From: an uncultured Acidimicrobiaceae bacterium
Lineage (GTDB): Bacteria > Actinomycetota > Acidimicrobiia > Acidimicrobiales > RAAP-2
DNA length: 64,000 bases
Assembly (NCBI GenBank): GCA_963834545.1
Contig: CAWICL010000032.1
Span: 2,472 to 66,471 of the forward strand
Reading direction: 5' to 3'
The notes under the pieces are model-generated. The model had not been told where the DNA came from and did no database searches. It saw nothing but the letters and a program-made list of their open reading frames with translations. The translations under genes were made by a program, and so were the position numbers. Positions 1 through 15,380 of the stretch are shown here, in pieces (within the stretch, counting starts at the first letter, position 1; the number at the start of each line of letters is the position of its first letter).

Positions 1-1419
1 GGGGCGTCGTTCACGAACTCACCCTTTAAGTTCAATTATCCGAACACCTGGTTCTTTGGCGAACCGTCGTCAACAAACGTGGGCATCACGAGTGAAACGA
101 AGTTCCTGCTATCGATCGTTCTGGTCTACGGCGGTCTCTTGTTATTGATGCGAGTCTGGCTGCGTCTGGCTGAAGTCATGAAGCTCCACCCCGGAGCGTC
201 TTTGAAGTCGCTCTGGTGGATCTTGTTGCTCTGGGCAACACCAATGATCGTCGCGCCGCCGATGTTCTCTCGTGACGTGTTCAGTTACGCGGCCCAAGGC
301 GAAATGACCAGCCATCACCTGAGTCCGTATATCCTCGGACCATTCTCCCTGGGCTCGAGTCCGTACGTGAATCCCGTCGATCCTCTCTGGGGTAACGCGC
401 CGGCACCCTACGGCCCGTTCTTCCTTTTTCTCGACGGCACCATTGACCGCATCACGCGACATAACCAGCTCGCGACCGTGGTGGGACTGCGACTTCTCGA
501 AGTCGCGGCGGTCGCGATGATTGGCTACGGCGTCGTGCTCTTGGCTCGCGGCCTGCACCGAGATCCGGGTGAGGCGTTCGTGCTCAGTGCAATGAATCCC
601 CTCGTGCTGCTCACCCTCATCGGTGGCGCGCACAACGACGCCATCATGGCGGGCTTCTTGGTCGTGGGCATTGCGCTCGCGGTCAAACGAAGACCTTTGT
701 GGGCGTTCTTCTTTTGCGCCTGCGCCAGTGCAATCAAGGCGCCCGCGGCGCTCAGTCTCGCCTTCGTGGCCTGGACGTGGCTTGGTCCAAAGGCGAGCGT
801 TCGCGAACGACTCAAACCCATTGGTGTGGCGACTCTCGTCACCGCACTCACTCTTGGCGTGTGGACGTGGCTCGCGGGCTTCGGTTTCGGTTGGGTGAAG
901 AACTTGCTCACCAACGGGACGGTTCGCTCATGGGCGGCTCCCGCGACGGGTGTGGGCATGGCGATCACCAATACCCTGCACGCCGTTGGTTTGCATTCGC
1001 TCGGTCTCGCGAGTGTGTTGTCGGTGACCCGGTTCATTGGGTTGTTGGCGGCGGCGGGATTTGCGGTGTGGCTCTTGTTGAACGGTGAACGCCGGGGCTG
1101 GGTGCGCTCGCTCGCGGTTGCCTTGTTGTTGTTCGTCGAACTCGGACCGGTCGTCCAGCCGTGGTACCTCGCGTGGGGCCTGGTGTTACTCGCCGCGTCC
1201 TACCAGGGTCGCGAACATTTCTGGCTGCTCTTTCTTTCCATCACCGGACCGTTCATTGGACTTCCCGGTGGTCGCCAACTGCTCGCGGGTCTCGTGCACT
1301 CCAATCCTTTGCTCATCGCGCTCTCGGTCGCGGTGCTGGGCGGGGTCTTGCTCTTGCCCATGGGCAGGTGGACCCAGTGGTCGTGGCCCGAGAAGAAACT
1401 TGAAGTCTCGTCGAGTTAG
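1..1419 (+). CDS. mptB: Polyprenol-phosphomannose-dependent alpha-1,6-mannosyltransferase (MptA/MptB family, GT-C); probably 5'-truncated by the window
   Basis: Multi-TM protein with APPMFSRDVFSYAAQG, APYGP, NPL..GGAHNDAIM and QPWY motifs; frame 1 is open from base 1. Confidence 0.75.
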   Translation, partial: GASFTNSPFKFNYPNTWFFGEPSSTNVGITSETKFLLSIVLVYGGLLLLMRVWLRLAEVMKLHPGASLKSLWWILLLWATPMIVAPPMFSRDVFSYAAQGEMTSHHLSPYILGPFSLGSSPYVNPVDPLWGNAPAPYGPFFLFLDGTIDRITRHNQLATVVGLRLLEVAAVAMIGYGVVLLARGLHRDPGEAFVLSAMNPLVLLTLIGGAHNDAIMAGFLVVGIALAVKRRPLWAFFFCACASAIKAPAALSLAFVAWTWLGPKASVRERLKPIGVATLVTALTLGVWTWLAGFGFGWVKNLLTNGTVRSWAAPATGVGMAITNTLHAVGLHSLGLASVLSVTRFIGLLAAAGFAVWLLLNGERRGWVRSLAVALLLFVELGPVVQPWYLAWGLVLLAASYQGREHFWLLFLSITGPFIGLPGGRQLLAGLVHSNPLLIALSVAVLGGVLLLPMGRWTQWSWPEKKLEVSSS

Positions 1420-1943
1420 GTCCCTCGAAGCACGAATTGGTATTCCACGACGTCGAGCCAGCGACCGTGCTTTCGACCAACCTCGATTTCGGTACCCACG
1501 AGCGTGAACCCGCATTTCTCATGCAATCGGATCGAACCATCATTCTCACCCACGATCCGCGCGATCATTGTGTGAAAGCCTGATTCACCCGCCGTCGTGA
1601 TCAGTTCGCGCAACAAGTGTTCACCCACACCTCGGCCTCGTGCCTCGCGCAAGACGTAGACCGAGTTCTCGACCGAGGTCGCGTAAGCGGGACGATCGCG
1701 AAAGGGCGACACCAGTGCGAAGCCAAGAATTCGTTCACCGCGTGCACCGATCTCGCCCAAATCATCATCGTCGTTGAGCGCCACGATGCAGGGATGGGTT
1801 ACGAGATGGTTACGGATCCAGGTCCGTTGCTCGTCGAGGGACCGAGGGACGAGATCGAAAGTCACCGTCGTCTCAACCACTTCGGGGTTGTAGATATTCA
1901 TCAGCGCCGGGGCGTCGTCGACTTCGACCAGGCGGGTTCTCAT
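1416..1943 (-). CDS. GNAT N-acetyltransferase, phosphinothricin/methionine-sulfoximine acetyltransferase-like
   Basis: IYNPEV..TVTFD, RPAY..VENSVYV, RGRGVG, SIRLHEKCGF, EVGRKHGRWLDV motifs. Confidence 0.85.
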   Translation of the reverse strand: MRTRLVEVDDAPALMNIYNPEVVETTVTFDLVPRSLDEQRTWIRNHLVTHPCIVALNDDDDLGEIGARGERILGFALVSPFRDRPAYATSVENSVYVLREARGRGVGEHLLRELITTAGESGFHTMIARIVGENDGSIRLHEKCGFTLVGTEIEVGRKHGRWLDVVEYQFVLRGT

Positions 1944-2023
1944 GAGACTAAAGGGTAGCCCCGGCTAGTTGGAAAGAACCCTCTATGGCCGAGTAGAATT
2001 CGCGTCCGTGTCTGTTCGACACG

Positions 2024-2098
<75 letters not shown>

Positions 2099-2103
2099 CG
2101 CCA

Positions 2104-2180
2104 GGCGGCGTAGCTCAGGTGGTTAGAGCACACGGCTCATAATCGTGTTGTCGCGGGTTCGAGTCCCGCCGCCGCTACCA
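2104..2180 (+). tRNA. tRNA-Met(CAT), elongator type, CCA encoded
   Basis: GGCGGCG/CGCCGCT acceptor, CACGG-CTCATAA-TCGTG anticodon arm, TTCGAGT T loop; typical Thr-Met-rpmG-Trp-secE synteny. Confidence 0.9.
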
Positions 2181-2226
2181 GGCAGGGCCCCGGGCCGAAC
2201 AATAAGTTGTACCGAGAAGGAGAACG

Positions 2227-2391
2227 ATGGCTAAGAACGAGAAGCGGGTGCAGGTAATCCTCGCCTGCGAGGACTGCAAGCGGCGCAATTACATCACCAT
2301 GAAGAATAAGGTCAATCAGCGCGAGCGCATCGAAATGTCCAAATACTGCCAATGGGAGCGCAAGCACACCCTGCACAAGGAAACCCGCTAG
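2227..2391 (+). CDS. rpmG: 50S ribosomal protein L33 (54 aa; not in ORF track)
   Basis: Read directly: [54 protein letters not shown]; SD AAGGAG upstream. Confidence 0.95.
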   Translation: MAKNEKRVQVILACEDCKRRNYITMKNKVNQRERIEMSKYCQWERKHTLHKETR

Positions 2392-2464
2392 GGAACCTGT
2401 TCCTTTCGGGTGGTAAGATTTATCTTCCCTACGGCCAGTCACTCGAGAGAGTTGCCTGGTGCAG

Positions 2465-2537
2465 AGGGCAGTGGCTCAATTGGTAGAGCACCGGTCTCCA
2501 AAACCGGGGGTTGGGGGTTCGAGTCCCTCCTGCCCTG
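2465..2537 (+). tRNA. tRNA-Trp(CCA)
   Basis: AGGGCAG/CTGCCCT acceptor, CCGGT-CTCCAAA-ACCGG anticodon arm; directly before secE. Confidence 0.95.
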
Positions 2538-2588
2538 CTCGGCGAAGGCTCGAACACGAAGTAACGAAAGAATCACGAGAGAAGTGAC

Positions 2589-2885
2589 ATGAACCGCGAA
2601 CAAAAGCGCATGATGCAGCGTCAGGGTCAGGTGGGTGCCGACGGCACCGCCGGTTCTCGTCGCACCTCGGCCCAAGACGTGCAACGTCGTCGCGGCCAGC
2701 GCACCAAGCCCGCACAGTTCATCCGTGAGATCCGCGAAGAGATGCGCCAAGTCGCCTGGCCCACGCGTCCCGAAGTCATCAATTACACGACCATCGTCCT
2801 TTTCGTCTTGATCTTCATGACTTCGCTGATCTTTGGCCTCGGCTACGGATTCTCCAAGTTCGTGACGTTCCTGTTCACGAAGTAA
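2589..2885 (+). CDS. secE: Preprotein translocase subunit SecE
   Basis: FIREIREEMRQVAWPTRPEV motif plus one C-terminal TM; tRNA-Trp/nusG synteny. Confidence 0.93.
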   Translation: MNREQKRMMQRQGQVGADGTAGSRRTSAQDVQRRRGQRTKPAQFIREIREEMRQVAWPTRPEVINYTTIVLFVLIFMTSLIFGLGYGFSKFVTFLFTK

Positions 2886-2893
2886 GAAAGACC

Positions 2894-3556
2894 ATGAGCG
2901 ACCTAGAAACCCAACCCGAGCACGAAGTCCACGAGGACGAGATTCTCGACGTCACCATCTTGGAAGACGGAATCGAAGAAGAGCCGCTCGTCGAGAGCGC
3001 CTTTGACCGTCCCGGTCGTTGGTACATCGTGCACACCTTCGCGGGGCACGAGCAAAAAGTCATCGGCGCGTTGAACAACATCATCAAGAGCCGAGAACTC
3101 ACCGACAGCATCTACGAGATCTACCTGCCCGAAGAAGACGTCACCGAATTCAAGTCGGGTAAGAAGGTCACCGTCTCCAAGCGCATGTTCCCGAGTTATC
3201 TGCTCATCCGATGTGAGCCGGACCCCGAGATCTTCTACGTGATCGGATCGACGCCGGGCGTCACGGGATTCGTCGGTGCCGAAAAGACCCGCCCGACCGC
3301 GCTCACGAGGCGCGAAGTCGACAACATCATTCGTCCCCAGGTCGAGGGCGTCGAGCAGCCGAGCGCGAAGCGTCGCATGCCGACCCACGAGTTCGAGGTC
3401 AACGACACCGTTCAGATCAAGACGGGACCGTTCGCGACGTTCTCGGGTCACGTCGCCGAGATCAACGAGGATCAATTGAAGGTCAAGGTGCTCGTGGACA
3501 TCTTTGGTCGCGAGACCCCCGTCGAGTTGGACTTCACCCAAGTCACGAAACTATAG
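2894..3556 (+). CDS. nusG: Transcription factor NusG with acidic N-terminal extension
   Basis: WYIVHT, TPGVTGFVG, KOW GPFATFSG, VDIFGRETPVEL. Confidence 0.96.
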   Translation: MSDLETQPEHEVHEDEILDVTILEDGIEEEPLVESAFDRPGRWYIVHTFAGHEQKVIGALNNIIKSRELTDSIYEIYLPEEDVTEFKSGKKVTVSKRMFPSYLLIRCEPDPEIFYVIGSTPGVTGFVGAEKTRPTALTRREVDNIIRPQVEGVEQPSAKRRMPTHEFEVNDTVQIKTGPFATFSGHVAEINEDQLKVKVLVDIFGRETPVELDFTQVTKL

Positions 3557-3577
3557 AGAACGCGTTAGGAGAGAACC

Positions 3578-4003
3578 ATGGCGAAGAAGGTAGTTGCAGT
3601 CGTAAAGATCCAGTTAGAAGCGGGCGGAGCAACGCCCGCCCCGCCCGTGGGCACCGCCCTTGGGCCACACGGCATTCAGACCATGGAGTTCTGCAAGCAG
3701 TACAACGCCGCGACCGAGTCAATGAAGGGCACGGTCATCCCGGTGGACATCTCGATCTACGAGGATCGTTCGTTCACCTTCGTGCTGAAGACCCCTCCGA
3801 CGCCGGTGCTGCTTCGTCAAGCCGCGGGTGTTGCCAAGGGCGCCAAGCTCGCCGGTCGAGAGACGGTGGCCTCGGTGACGATGGATCAGATCGAAGAAAT
3901 CGCCAAGACCAAGCTCAAGGACCTCAATACCGATGACCTCGAGATGGCCAAACTGCAAGTCGCCGGCACTGCTCGTTCCATGGGCATCTCGGTCGCGGGC
4001 TAG
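3578..4003 (+). CDS. rplK: 50S ribosomal protein L11
   Basis: [19 protein letters not shown]. Confidence 0.98.
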   Translation: MAKKVVAVVKIQLEAGGATPAPPVGTALGPHGIQTMEFCKQYNAATESMKGTVIPVDISIYEDRSFTFVLKTPPTPVLLRQAAGVAKGAKLAGRETVASVTMDQIEEIAKTKLKDLNTDDLEMAKLQVAGTARSMGISVAG

Positions 4004-4012
4004 GAGAGAACA

Positions 4013-4730
4013 ATGAAGCACGGAAAGAACTACAAGAACGCCCTCGCCAAGGTGGATCGCGAAGAGTTGCTCACGATTCCCGAGGCGCTCGAAAAGGTGA
4101 AGACGCTGGCCACCGCGAAGTTCGACGAAACGGTGGAACTCGCGATCCGACTTGGCGTCGACCCACGTAAGGCTGAGCAAATCGTGCGGGGCACGATCTC
4201 GCTGCCCGCGGGCACCGGAAAGACCAATCGCGTCGCGGTCTTCGCCGCCGGTGAAGCCGCCCAGGCGGCCCGTGATGCGGGAGCAGACGAAGTTGGTGCC
4301 GAGGACCTCGTCGCCAAGGTCGCCGGCGGGATTTCTTGACTTCGACGTGGCGATCGCGACGCCAGATTTGATGGGTCAAGTGGGTGGACTCGGTCGAGTG
4401 CTTGGACCACGCGGCTTGATGCCCAACCCCAAGACGGGCACGGTCACCATGGACGTCGCCAAGGCGGTTACCGAGTTCAAGGGTGGTCGCGTCGAGTACC
4501 GAACCGACAAGATCGGCAACGTGCAACTTCGCGTGGGCAAGGTGAGTTTCAGCCGCGAGGACCTCGTGAAGAATGTCCAGGCCGTGATCGATGAGATCAT
4601 TCGCGTGAAGCCCGCCAGTGCCAAAGGTCGTTACGTGATGAGCATCACGGTCTCGTCGACCATGGGACCGGGCGTCAAGATCGACCCCGCGCGCACGAAG
4701 CACGAGGAAGAGGCGCTCGCCAGCGCCTGA
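4013..4730 (+). CDS. rplA: 50S ribosomal protein L1 (frameshift near 4330, probable sequencing error)
   Basis: [18 protein letters not shown] in ORF 4013-4339; [26 protein letters not shown] in the shifted frame ending at 4730. Confidence 0.95.
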
Positions 4731-4805
4731 GCGTTTTGACGTGCGCGAGCACGTTCACTACGATTGTTGTTTCGCACGACGTTGGTGCCACAGTTTTAGA
4801 AGAAA

Positions 4806-4866
4806 GCCGAAGACATCCGGTGTGGGTAACCACTTAAGTGACCTAGGTCAGCCTGACGAGGATTTC
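4806..4866 (+). promoter_or_regulatory. Ribosomal protein L10 leader (L10/L12 autoregulatory RNA)
   Basis: CCGAAGAC..GGT..hairpin..TAA..hairpin..CCT..GAGG pattern upstream of rplJ. Confidence 0.7.
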
Positions 4867-4936
4867 GAGTTCACCTTCGGGTCGCTCGTTTCTTGGATGT
4901 CCAGGCCCGTACCGGGCGGAATCCGGAAGGAGCATT

Positions 4937-5656
4937 ATGAGCAAGATTCGTCCCGACAAGGTCGCGACCGTTCAAGAGGTCAAGTCCAAGGTCGACGGCA
5001 CCTCGACCGCCGTCGTCACCGAATATCGCGGTCTGACGGTTGCGGAGATCTCGTCGCTGCGTAAGCAACTGCGCACCCTGGGTGCTGACTACAAGGTCTT
5101 CAAGAACACCTTGGTTCTGCGAGCCATCGCGGGAACATCCGTTGAACCCATTGGCGAATTCCTCCAAGGTCCCACCGCGATTGCCTTCGTGGATGGCGAC
5201 GTGTCCGCGGTCGCCAAGGCACTTCGCGATTTCGCCAAGGAATCGCCACTGCTCGTCGTGAAAGGTGGCGTCGTCGACGGCAAGCCCCTCACGGTCAAAG
5301 AGCTGACCGCGCTGGCGGACCTGCCGAGTCGCGACGTCTTGCTCGCACAATTGGCGGGTCTCATCGCGTCACCACTTCGCTCGTTTGCCGGCCTCTTGAA
5401 GGCTGTCCCGCAAAACTTCGCCTACGGCCTCTCGGCCCTTCTTGACAGCAAGGGTGGCGCAAGCCCCGTTGTTGACGACAAGGTCGAAGAAGCCGCCGAG
5501 ACTCCGGCCGGGGTCGAGGAAGCTGCACCCGCAGCGAGCGACGACGCCGCGGCGCAGGTCGCGGAGGTCGCGGATGAATCGGCCCCCGTGGTCGAAGATT
5601 CATCCGAAACCACCGAGGTGTCGAGTGACGACGCCGCGAGCGAACCGGCCGAATAA
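4937..5656 (+). CDS. rplJ: 50S ribosomal protein L10 with acidic C-terminal extension
   Basis: EYRGLTV, YKVFKNTL, LQGPTAIAF, LADLPSR. Confidence 0.97.
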   Translation: MSKIRPDKVATVQEVKSKVDGTSTAVVTEYRGLTVAEISSLRKQLRTLGADYKVFKNTLVLRAIAGTSVEPIGEFLQGPTAIAFVDGDVSAVAKALRDFAKESPLLVVKGGVVDGKPLTVKELTALADLPSRDVLLAQLAGLIASPLRSFAGLLKAVPQNFAYGLSALLDSKGGASPVVDDKVEEAAETPAGVEEAAPAASDDAAAQVAEVADESAPVVEDSSETTEVSSDDAASEPAE

Positions 5657-5698
5657 CAATCAACGTAGTAACGAAACGAAGAAAAGAAAGGAATCACC

Positions 5699-6094
5699 AT
5701 GGCTGCAACCCTGACCAAGGAACAGATTCTCGACGGCATTGCTGAGCTCTCGGTGATCGAATTGAGCCAACTGCTCAAGGAGTTCGAAGAGAAGTTCGGC
5801 GTGACCGCGGCGGCCCCTATGGCTGTGGCGGCGCCTGCCGCAGCGGGTGGCGGCGCTGACGCCGGTGCCGGTGCTGAGGAGAAGAGTGAATTCGACGTCA
5901 TCTTGACGAGCGGTGGCGACAAGAAGATCCAGGTCATCAAGGAAGTGCGTGCACTGACCAACCTGGGTCTAAAGGAAGCCAAGGACCTCGTCGACGGTGC
6001 GCCAAAGCCGGTCCTGGAGAAGGTTTCCAAGGCTGACGCCGACAAGGCGAAGGCCGCCCTCGAGGCCGCGGGCGCAACGGTAGAAGTCAAGTAG
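5699..6094 (+). CDS. rplL: 50S ribosomal protein L7/L12
   Basis: [32 protein letters not shown]. Confidence 0.98.
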   Translation: MAATLTKEQILDGIAELSVIELSQLLKEFEEKFGVTAAAPMAVAAPAAAGGGADAGAGAEEKSEFDVILTSGGDKKIQVIKEVRALTNLGLKEAKDLVDGAPKPVLEKVSKADADKAKAALEAAGATVEVK

Positions 6095-6107
6095 TTCGCT
6101 TCAACAA

Positions 6108-6147
6108 AAACGAAAGCGCCGTCGATCCGTCGACGGCGCTTTCGTTT
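6108..6147 (+). terminator. Intrinsic terminator after rplL (possibly bidirectional)
   Basis: 18-bp stem AAACGAAAGCGCCGTCGA-tccg-TCGACGGCGCTTTCGTTT. Confidence 0.85.
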
Positions 6148-6260
6148 CGTTGAACGTGCGAGGTGAGTCGGTTGATTGAGCCGGGCTCACCAGTTTTTCC
6201 GGGAAGCCGGAGCGATTCTGATCCTCTCGATCAGGATTTTCGCGAGACCCGGTTCAGTAC

Positions 6261-6289
6261 TTGACCCGGACCCGTAAACTGCATAGGGT
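6261..6289 (+). promoter_or_regulatory. Sigma-A-type promoter of rpoBC, implying a ~175-nt 5' leader
   Basis: TTGACC-N17-TAGGGT. Confidence 0.6.
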
Positions 6290-6471
6290 GACTCCAACCG
6301 CTGTAGCGGCTGCGCCCCTCGATTGGGAGCGCTACTTGCGCATCTCCTCTTGGAGCCACTAGCATCGAAAGACCGTGCCCCTGCGCTCTACTTCGTCATC
6401 CCTTGACGCCGTTGCGCGCGTGGTCGTGGCAAAACCTGCAGTAACCACCCACCTACACGGAGGATAGACCG

Positions 6472-9400
6472 TTGACGTCTCGGTCCACTAGCCCGGAGCG
6501 CTTTAATTTTTCGGCACTGGGTGAAGCATATGCCCTGCCTAACCTCCTCGAAATTCAGCGAGATAGCTTCGACTTGTTCATGAAGCAAGGTTTGCGCGAG
6601 GCCTTCGAAGCCCTGTCGCCAATCAGTGACTTCACTGGTCGCTTGTCGCTCGAACTTGAGTTCGATCCCGATGACGTGGACTTAAAGAGTCCACCCAAGT
6701 TCACGGTTGAGGAATGTCGTCAACGAGCGACGACGTATTCCCAACCAATCTTCGTTCGCGCGCGCTTCTTGAACTCCGAGACGGGTGAGATCAAAGAGCA
6801 GACGGTCTTCATGGGTGACTTCCCGATCATGACCGAGCAAGGAACCTTCATCATCAACGGCACCGAGCGCGTCGTCGTGTCACAACTTGTTCGCTCCCCT
6901 GGTGTCTTGTTCCAGCCGGGCAAGGACGAGAAGGTCGCCTTCGAAGGGACTATCCACCCGAGTCGTGGTGAGTGGCTCCAAGTCGACCTCGAAGAGAAGA
7001 AGAACAAGGCCGCAAACGCTGGAGCGAGGATCGCACGCAAGCGTCGTATCTCGATCTTCACGTTGCTGCGAGCGCTCGACACTGCGATGGACGAGTCGTT
7101 CTTCCAACGCTTTGTCGCGCATTTCGATTTCCTCGAAGACCAATTCCACGCGGATTGGAAGAAGGCCCACCTCGAGATCACCAAGCACATGGAGAAGTAC
7201 AACCTCGAAGACAATCACGAGAACTACGTACGCGCCAGCCAAGAGACGGCGTGGCTCGAGATCTATCGTCGCGCGCGCCCCGGCGAAGTCCAAACCGTGG
7301 AAGCGGCTCGTCAGTACTTCGAAGGCGCGTTCTTCTCTGAGAAGCGCTACGACCTCAGCCGAGTCGGCCGCTACAAACTTGACCGCAAGCTCGGCAGCGA
7401 AGTCGCCAAGAACCTCGAGCTCTTCGGCGACATCCTGGAGCGACCGAACCCTGAATTGCACGTGCTCTCCAAGGCCGAGGTGCTCGCCACGGCGACCTAC
7501 TTGCTTAACCTGGCGCGCGACCGCACCGCCAAGGAGACGACGTATCACATCGACGACCAGGACCACTTCGCCAACCGACGCATCCGCAGCGTGGGCGAGT
7601 TGATTCAAAACGCCCTGCGCACCGGACTTTCGCGCATGGAGCGAGTCGTTCGTGAGCGCATGAACACCCAAGACGTCGAGGCGATCGCTCCCCAGACCTT
7701 GATCAACATCCGTCCCGTGATGTCGGCGATCAAGGAGTTCTTCGCGACCTCCCAGCTCAGTCAGTTCATGGACCAGAACAACCCCTTGTCGGGACTGACC
7801 CACAAGCGCCGCCTTTCGGCCTTGGGACCGGGCGGTCTGTCACGAGAGCGCGCAGGCCTGGAAGTTCGAGACGTCCACTCCTCGCACTACGGACGCATGT
7901 GTCCCATCGAGACACCCGAAGGCCCGAACGTGGGACTCATTGGCTATCTCGCGAACTACGCGCGCATCAACGAGTACGGCTTCATCGAGACCCCCTATCG
8001 CGTCGTGACCAACGGCAAGGTGACGGGCGAGGTGCGCTATTTCACCGCTGACGAAGAAGAGCGTTTCGTCATTGCCCAGGCCAACACCGAAGTAGACGAA
8101 CACGGCACCATCAAGGCCGAGCGCGTCCTCGTTCGCCGTGGCCCCATCGGTACCGGTCTTCGCGTCGGGGCCTCTAACAAGTCGTCCTCGACGACATCAG
8201 AGATCGACTTCGTCAAGCCCGACGAGGTCGAGTTGATGGACGTGTCGACCAAGCAAGTCATTTCAGTGGCGACGTCACTCATCCCCTTCGTTGAGCACGA
8301 CGACGCCCAGCGCGCCCTCATGGGTGCCAACATGCAAAAGCAGGCGGTGCCGCTCATCATGCCCGAGGCTCCCTTCGTGGGAACTGGTATGGAGTCACGC
8401 GCGGCCCTCGACTCGGGCGACGTTCTGATCGCCGAAGGCGACGGTGTCGTTCGCTCGGTCTCGGGTGACCGCATCGTGGTCGAATACGAGAAGGAAGTCA
8501 CCGACCGTTACGGCAAGGCGCTCGGCAAGAAGCAGTACAACTTGAACAAGTTCCGCCGCTCGAACCAAGACACGTCGATCAACCAGAAGCCCCTCGTCTT
8601 TGGTGGCGAGACGGTGACGCTGGGTGACCTGCTCGCTGATGGAACCAGTACCTCCAACGGTGAGCTCGCGCTCGGGAAGAACTTGCTCGTCGCCTACATG
8701 CCTTGGGAGGGTTACAACTACGAAGACGCCATCATCTTGAACGAACGTCTCGTTCGTGATGACGTCTTGACGTCGATCCACGTGAAGGAGTACGAGATCG
8801 ACGCGCGTGACACCAAGCTGGGCGCCGAGGAGATCACTCGCGACATCCCGAACCTGCCCGACGACATCCTCGCCGACCTCGACGACCGAGGCATCGTTCG
8901 CATCGGTGCCGAAGTCGAGCCCGGCGACATCCTCGTGGGTAAGGTCACGCCCAAGGGTGAGACCGAACAGTCGCCCGAAGAGCGATTGCTGCGGGCGATC
9001 TTCGGTGAGAAGGCTCGCGAAGTCCGAGACACTTCCTTGAAGGTTCCCCACGGCGAGTCCGGCAAGGTCATCGACGTGAAGGTCTACAGTCGCGACGAGG
9101 ACCACGAGATGCAGCCCGGTGTCAACCAGCTCGTCAAGGTCTACGTCGCTCAGAAGCGCAAGATCTCCGAGGGCGACAAGCTCGCCGGACGCCACGGAAA
9201 CAAGGGCGTCATCTCCAAGATCCTGCCCGAAGAGGACATGCCCTTCATGGCTGACGGCACACCAGTCGACATCATCTTGAGCCCCTTGGGCGTGCCGAGT
9301 CGAATGAACGTGGGCCAGGTGCTCGAAAGTCACCTGGGTTACGCGGCTCGTTACGGCTGGGAGGGCATCAAGGTCAATCCGACGGTCGGCACCTCGGGCC

Positions 9401-10151
9401 ACTCGGACCAGCGCGACCCCGCGACGCGGCCGTATCGCAAGACACGTCCGCGAACCGAGCCCGCGGTCTACGTTGCGACTCCGTCATTTGACGGTGCGCA
9501 CTGGGACGAGACCGAGCGCGCGAAGGACAAGCCCACGATCCAGCACACGTTCGCGACCCTTAACGTCGACGGGGCCAACGGCAAGCGCTTGCTCGCGGGC
9601 GACCTCGACGGCAAGGTGACCCTGTACAACGGTCGCACCGGTGAGCCCTACGACAATCCAATCTCGGTTGGTTTCGCCTACATCTTGAAACTCGCGCACA
9701 TGGTCGACGACAAGATTCACGCTCGCTCGACTGGTCCGTACTCGATGATCACCGCTCAGCCACTCGGTGGAAAGGCGCAGTTCGGTGGACAGCGATTCGG
9801 CGAGATGGAGGTCTGGGCCCTCGAGGCCTACGGAGCCGCGTACGCGCTCCAAGAGCTCTTGACCGTGAAGTCCGACGACATGAAGGGCCGCGAGCGCGCC
9901 TACGAGGCGATCGTGAAGGGTCAGAACTTGCCCGAGCCGGGCATACCCGAATCGTTCAAGGTTTTGATCAAGGAAATGCAATCACTCTGTTTGAACGTGG
10001 AAGTGCGCGACAAAGTCGGTGCCCACGTGGATCTGGCGGACACCGAAGAGGACTTCTTCTCCGTGACGCGCGAATTGGGCATCGACATCAGTCGACCCGA
10101 GCGCGGTAGTGACGAAGAGGATGCCCGACGCGCCGCCGAAAGGAAGTTGTC

Positions 10152-10155
<4 letters not shown>
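6472..10155 (+). CDS. rpoB: RNA polymerase beta subunit (TTG start)
   Basis: [58 protein letters not shown]. Confidence 0.99.
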
Positions 10156-14176
<4,021 letters not shown>

Positions 14177-14212
14177 GACCCTGGTCACTGGCGTGTGCCG
14201 GTGACCGGGGTC
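14177..14212 (+). terminator. Strong hairpin after rpoC (terminator-like, no U tract)
   Basis: GACCCTGGTCACTGGC-gtgt-GCCGGTGACCGGGGTC. Confidence 0.65.
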
Positions 14213-14520
14213 GCAATCGCACGGTGAACCAGGGGCAACGTGCAATCCTCGCGCCGGCGAGAAGCCACCACGCAGTCCGGGCAAGGGATTAGCGGGTCGG
14301 CGCTTCGCTTCGTTTGCTCGAGAGTTGCTGGGTCGCGTCGGTACTCGCCAGCGTTGCTCGACTCACCGCAATGGGCGACGTCGGCTCGGTGGGGGTCTCT
14401 TGGAGCCCGCGACCTCGAGGCGGGCTTGCTGACGAGGGCCACAATGCCGTAAGATAGAAAGTCCGCGTGCGCATCACTGCCGCGTCCCATCTATCGCAGT
14501 AAAAACAGAAGAGGTTCCGC

Positions 14521-14892
14521 GTGCCCACAATTGCACAGTTGGTCCGAAAGGGCCGACAGGATAAAGTTTCCAAGACCAAGACGCCGGCCCTGAAGGGGGC
14601 CCCGCAGCGTCGTGGTGTGTGCACCCGTGTTCACACGGTCACCCCGAAAAAGCCGAACTCGGCCCTTCGAAAGGTCGCGCGCGTTCGCCTCACGTCGGGT
14701 GTCGAGATCACCGCGTACATCCCAGGCGTTGGCCACAACCTCCAAGAGCACTCCATCGTGCTCGTTCGTGGCGGACGTGTGAAGGACTTGCCGGGAGTTC
14801 GCTACAAGATCATTCGCGGTGCGCTTGACACCTCTGGTGTTCGCGACCGCAAGCAAGCCCGTAGTCGCTACGGTGCCAAGAGGGAGAGCTAA
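14521..14892 (+). CDS. rpsL: 30S ribosomal protein S12
   Basis: [27 protein letters not shown]. Confidence 0.99.
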   Translation: MPTIAQLVRKGRQDKVSKTKTPALKGAPQRRGVCTRVHTVTPKKPNSALRKVARVRLTSGVEITAYIPGVGHNLQEHSIVLVRGGRVKDLPGVRYKIIRGALDTSGVRDRKQARSRYGAKRES

Positions 14893-15362
14893 TGCCTCGT
14901 AAAGGTCCCGCCGTCCGTCGAGAGGTTCCGACCGACCCGATTTATAAGTCGGTGCTCGTCACCCAATTGACCAACAAGATCCTCGAGCGCGGCAAGCGCA
15001 CGATCGCCGAACGCATTGTCTATACCGCTCTCGAGTTGGTCGAGCAAAAGACCAGCACGGATCCGGTCGCGACACTGAAGCGCGCGCTCGAGAACGTGCG
15101 TCCCGAACTCGAGGTCAAGAGCCGCCGCGTCGGTGGCACGACCTATCAGGTGCCCATGGAAGTCCGTCCCCGTCGGGCGACAACCCTCGCCATTCGCTGG
15201 CTCACCGACTTCGCCAAGAAGCGACGTGAGAAGACGATGGCCGAGCGCCTCGCCAATGAGATCATCGACGCCAGTAACGGCGTTGGTGCCGCGGTGAAGC
15301 GTCGCGAGGACATGGCCAAGATGGCCGAGTCCAACAAGGCGTTCGCGCACTACCGCTGGTAA
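14892..15362 (+). CDS. rpsG: 30S ribosomal protein S7
   Basis: [28 protein letters not shown]. Confidence 0.99.
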   Translation: MPRKGPAVRREVPTDPIYKSVLVTQLTNKILERGKRTIAERIVYTALELVEQKTSTDPVATLKRALENVRPELEVKSRRVGGTTYQVPMEVRPRRATTLAIRWLTDFAKKRREKTMAERLANEIIDASNGVGAAVKRREDMAKMAESNKAFAHYRW

Positions 15363-15380
15363 TAAAAGAGAGTTTGTGAA

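Noticed and set aside
14213-14520. ~300-nt rpoC-rpsL spacer as an sRNA or small gene
   Set aside because: Only a weak promoter-like TTGCTG-N18-TAAGAT and short GC hairpins; the ORFs lack SDs and plausible composition
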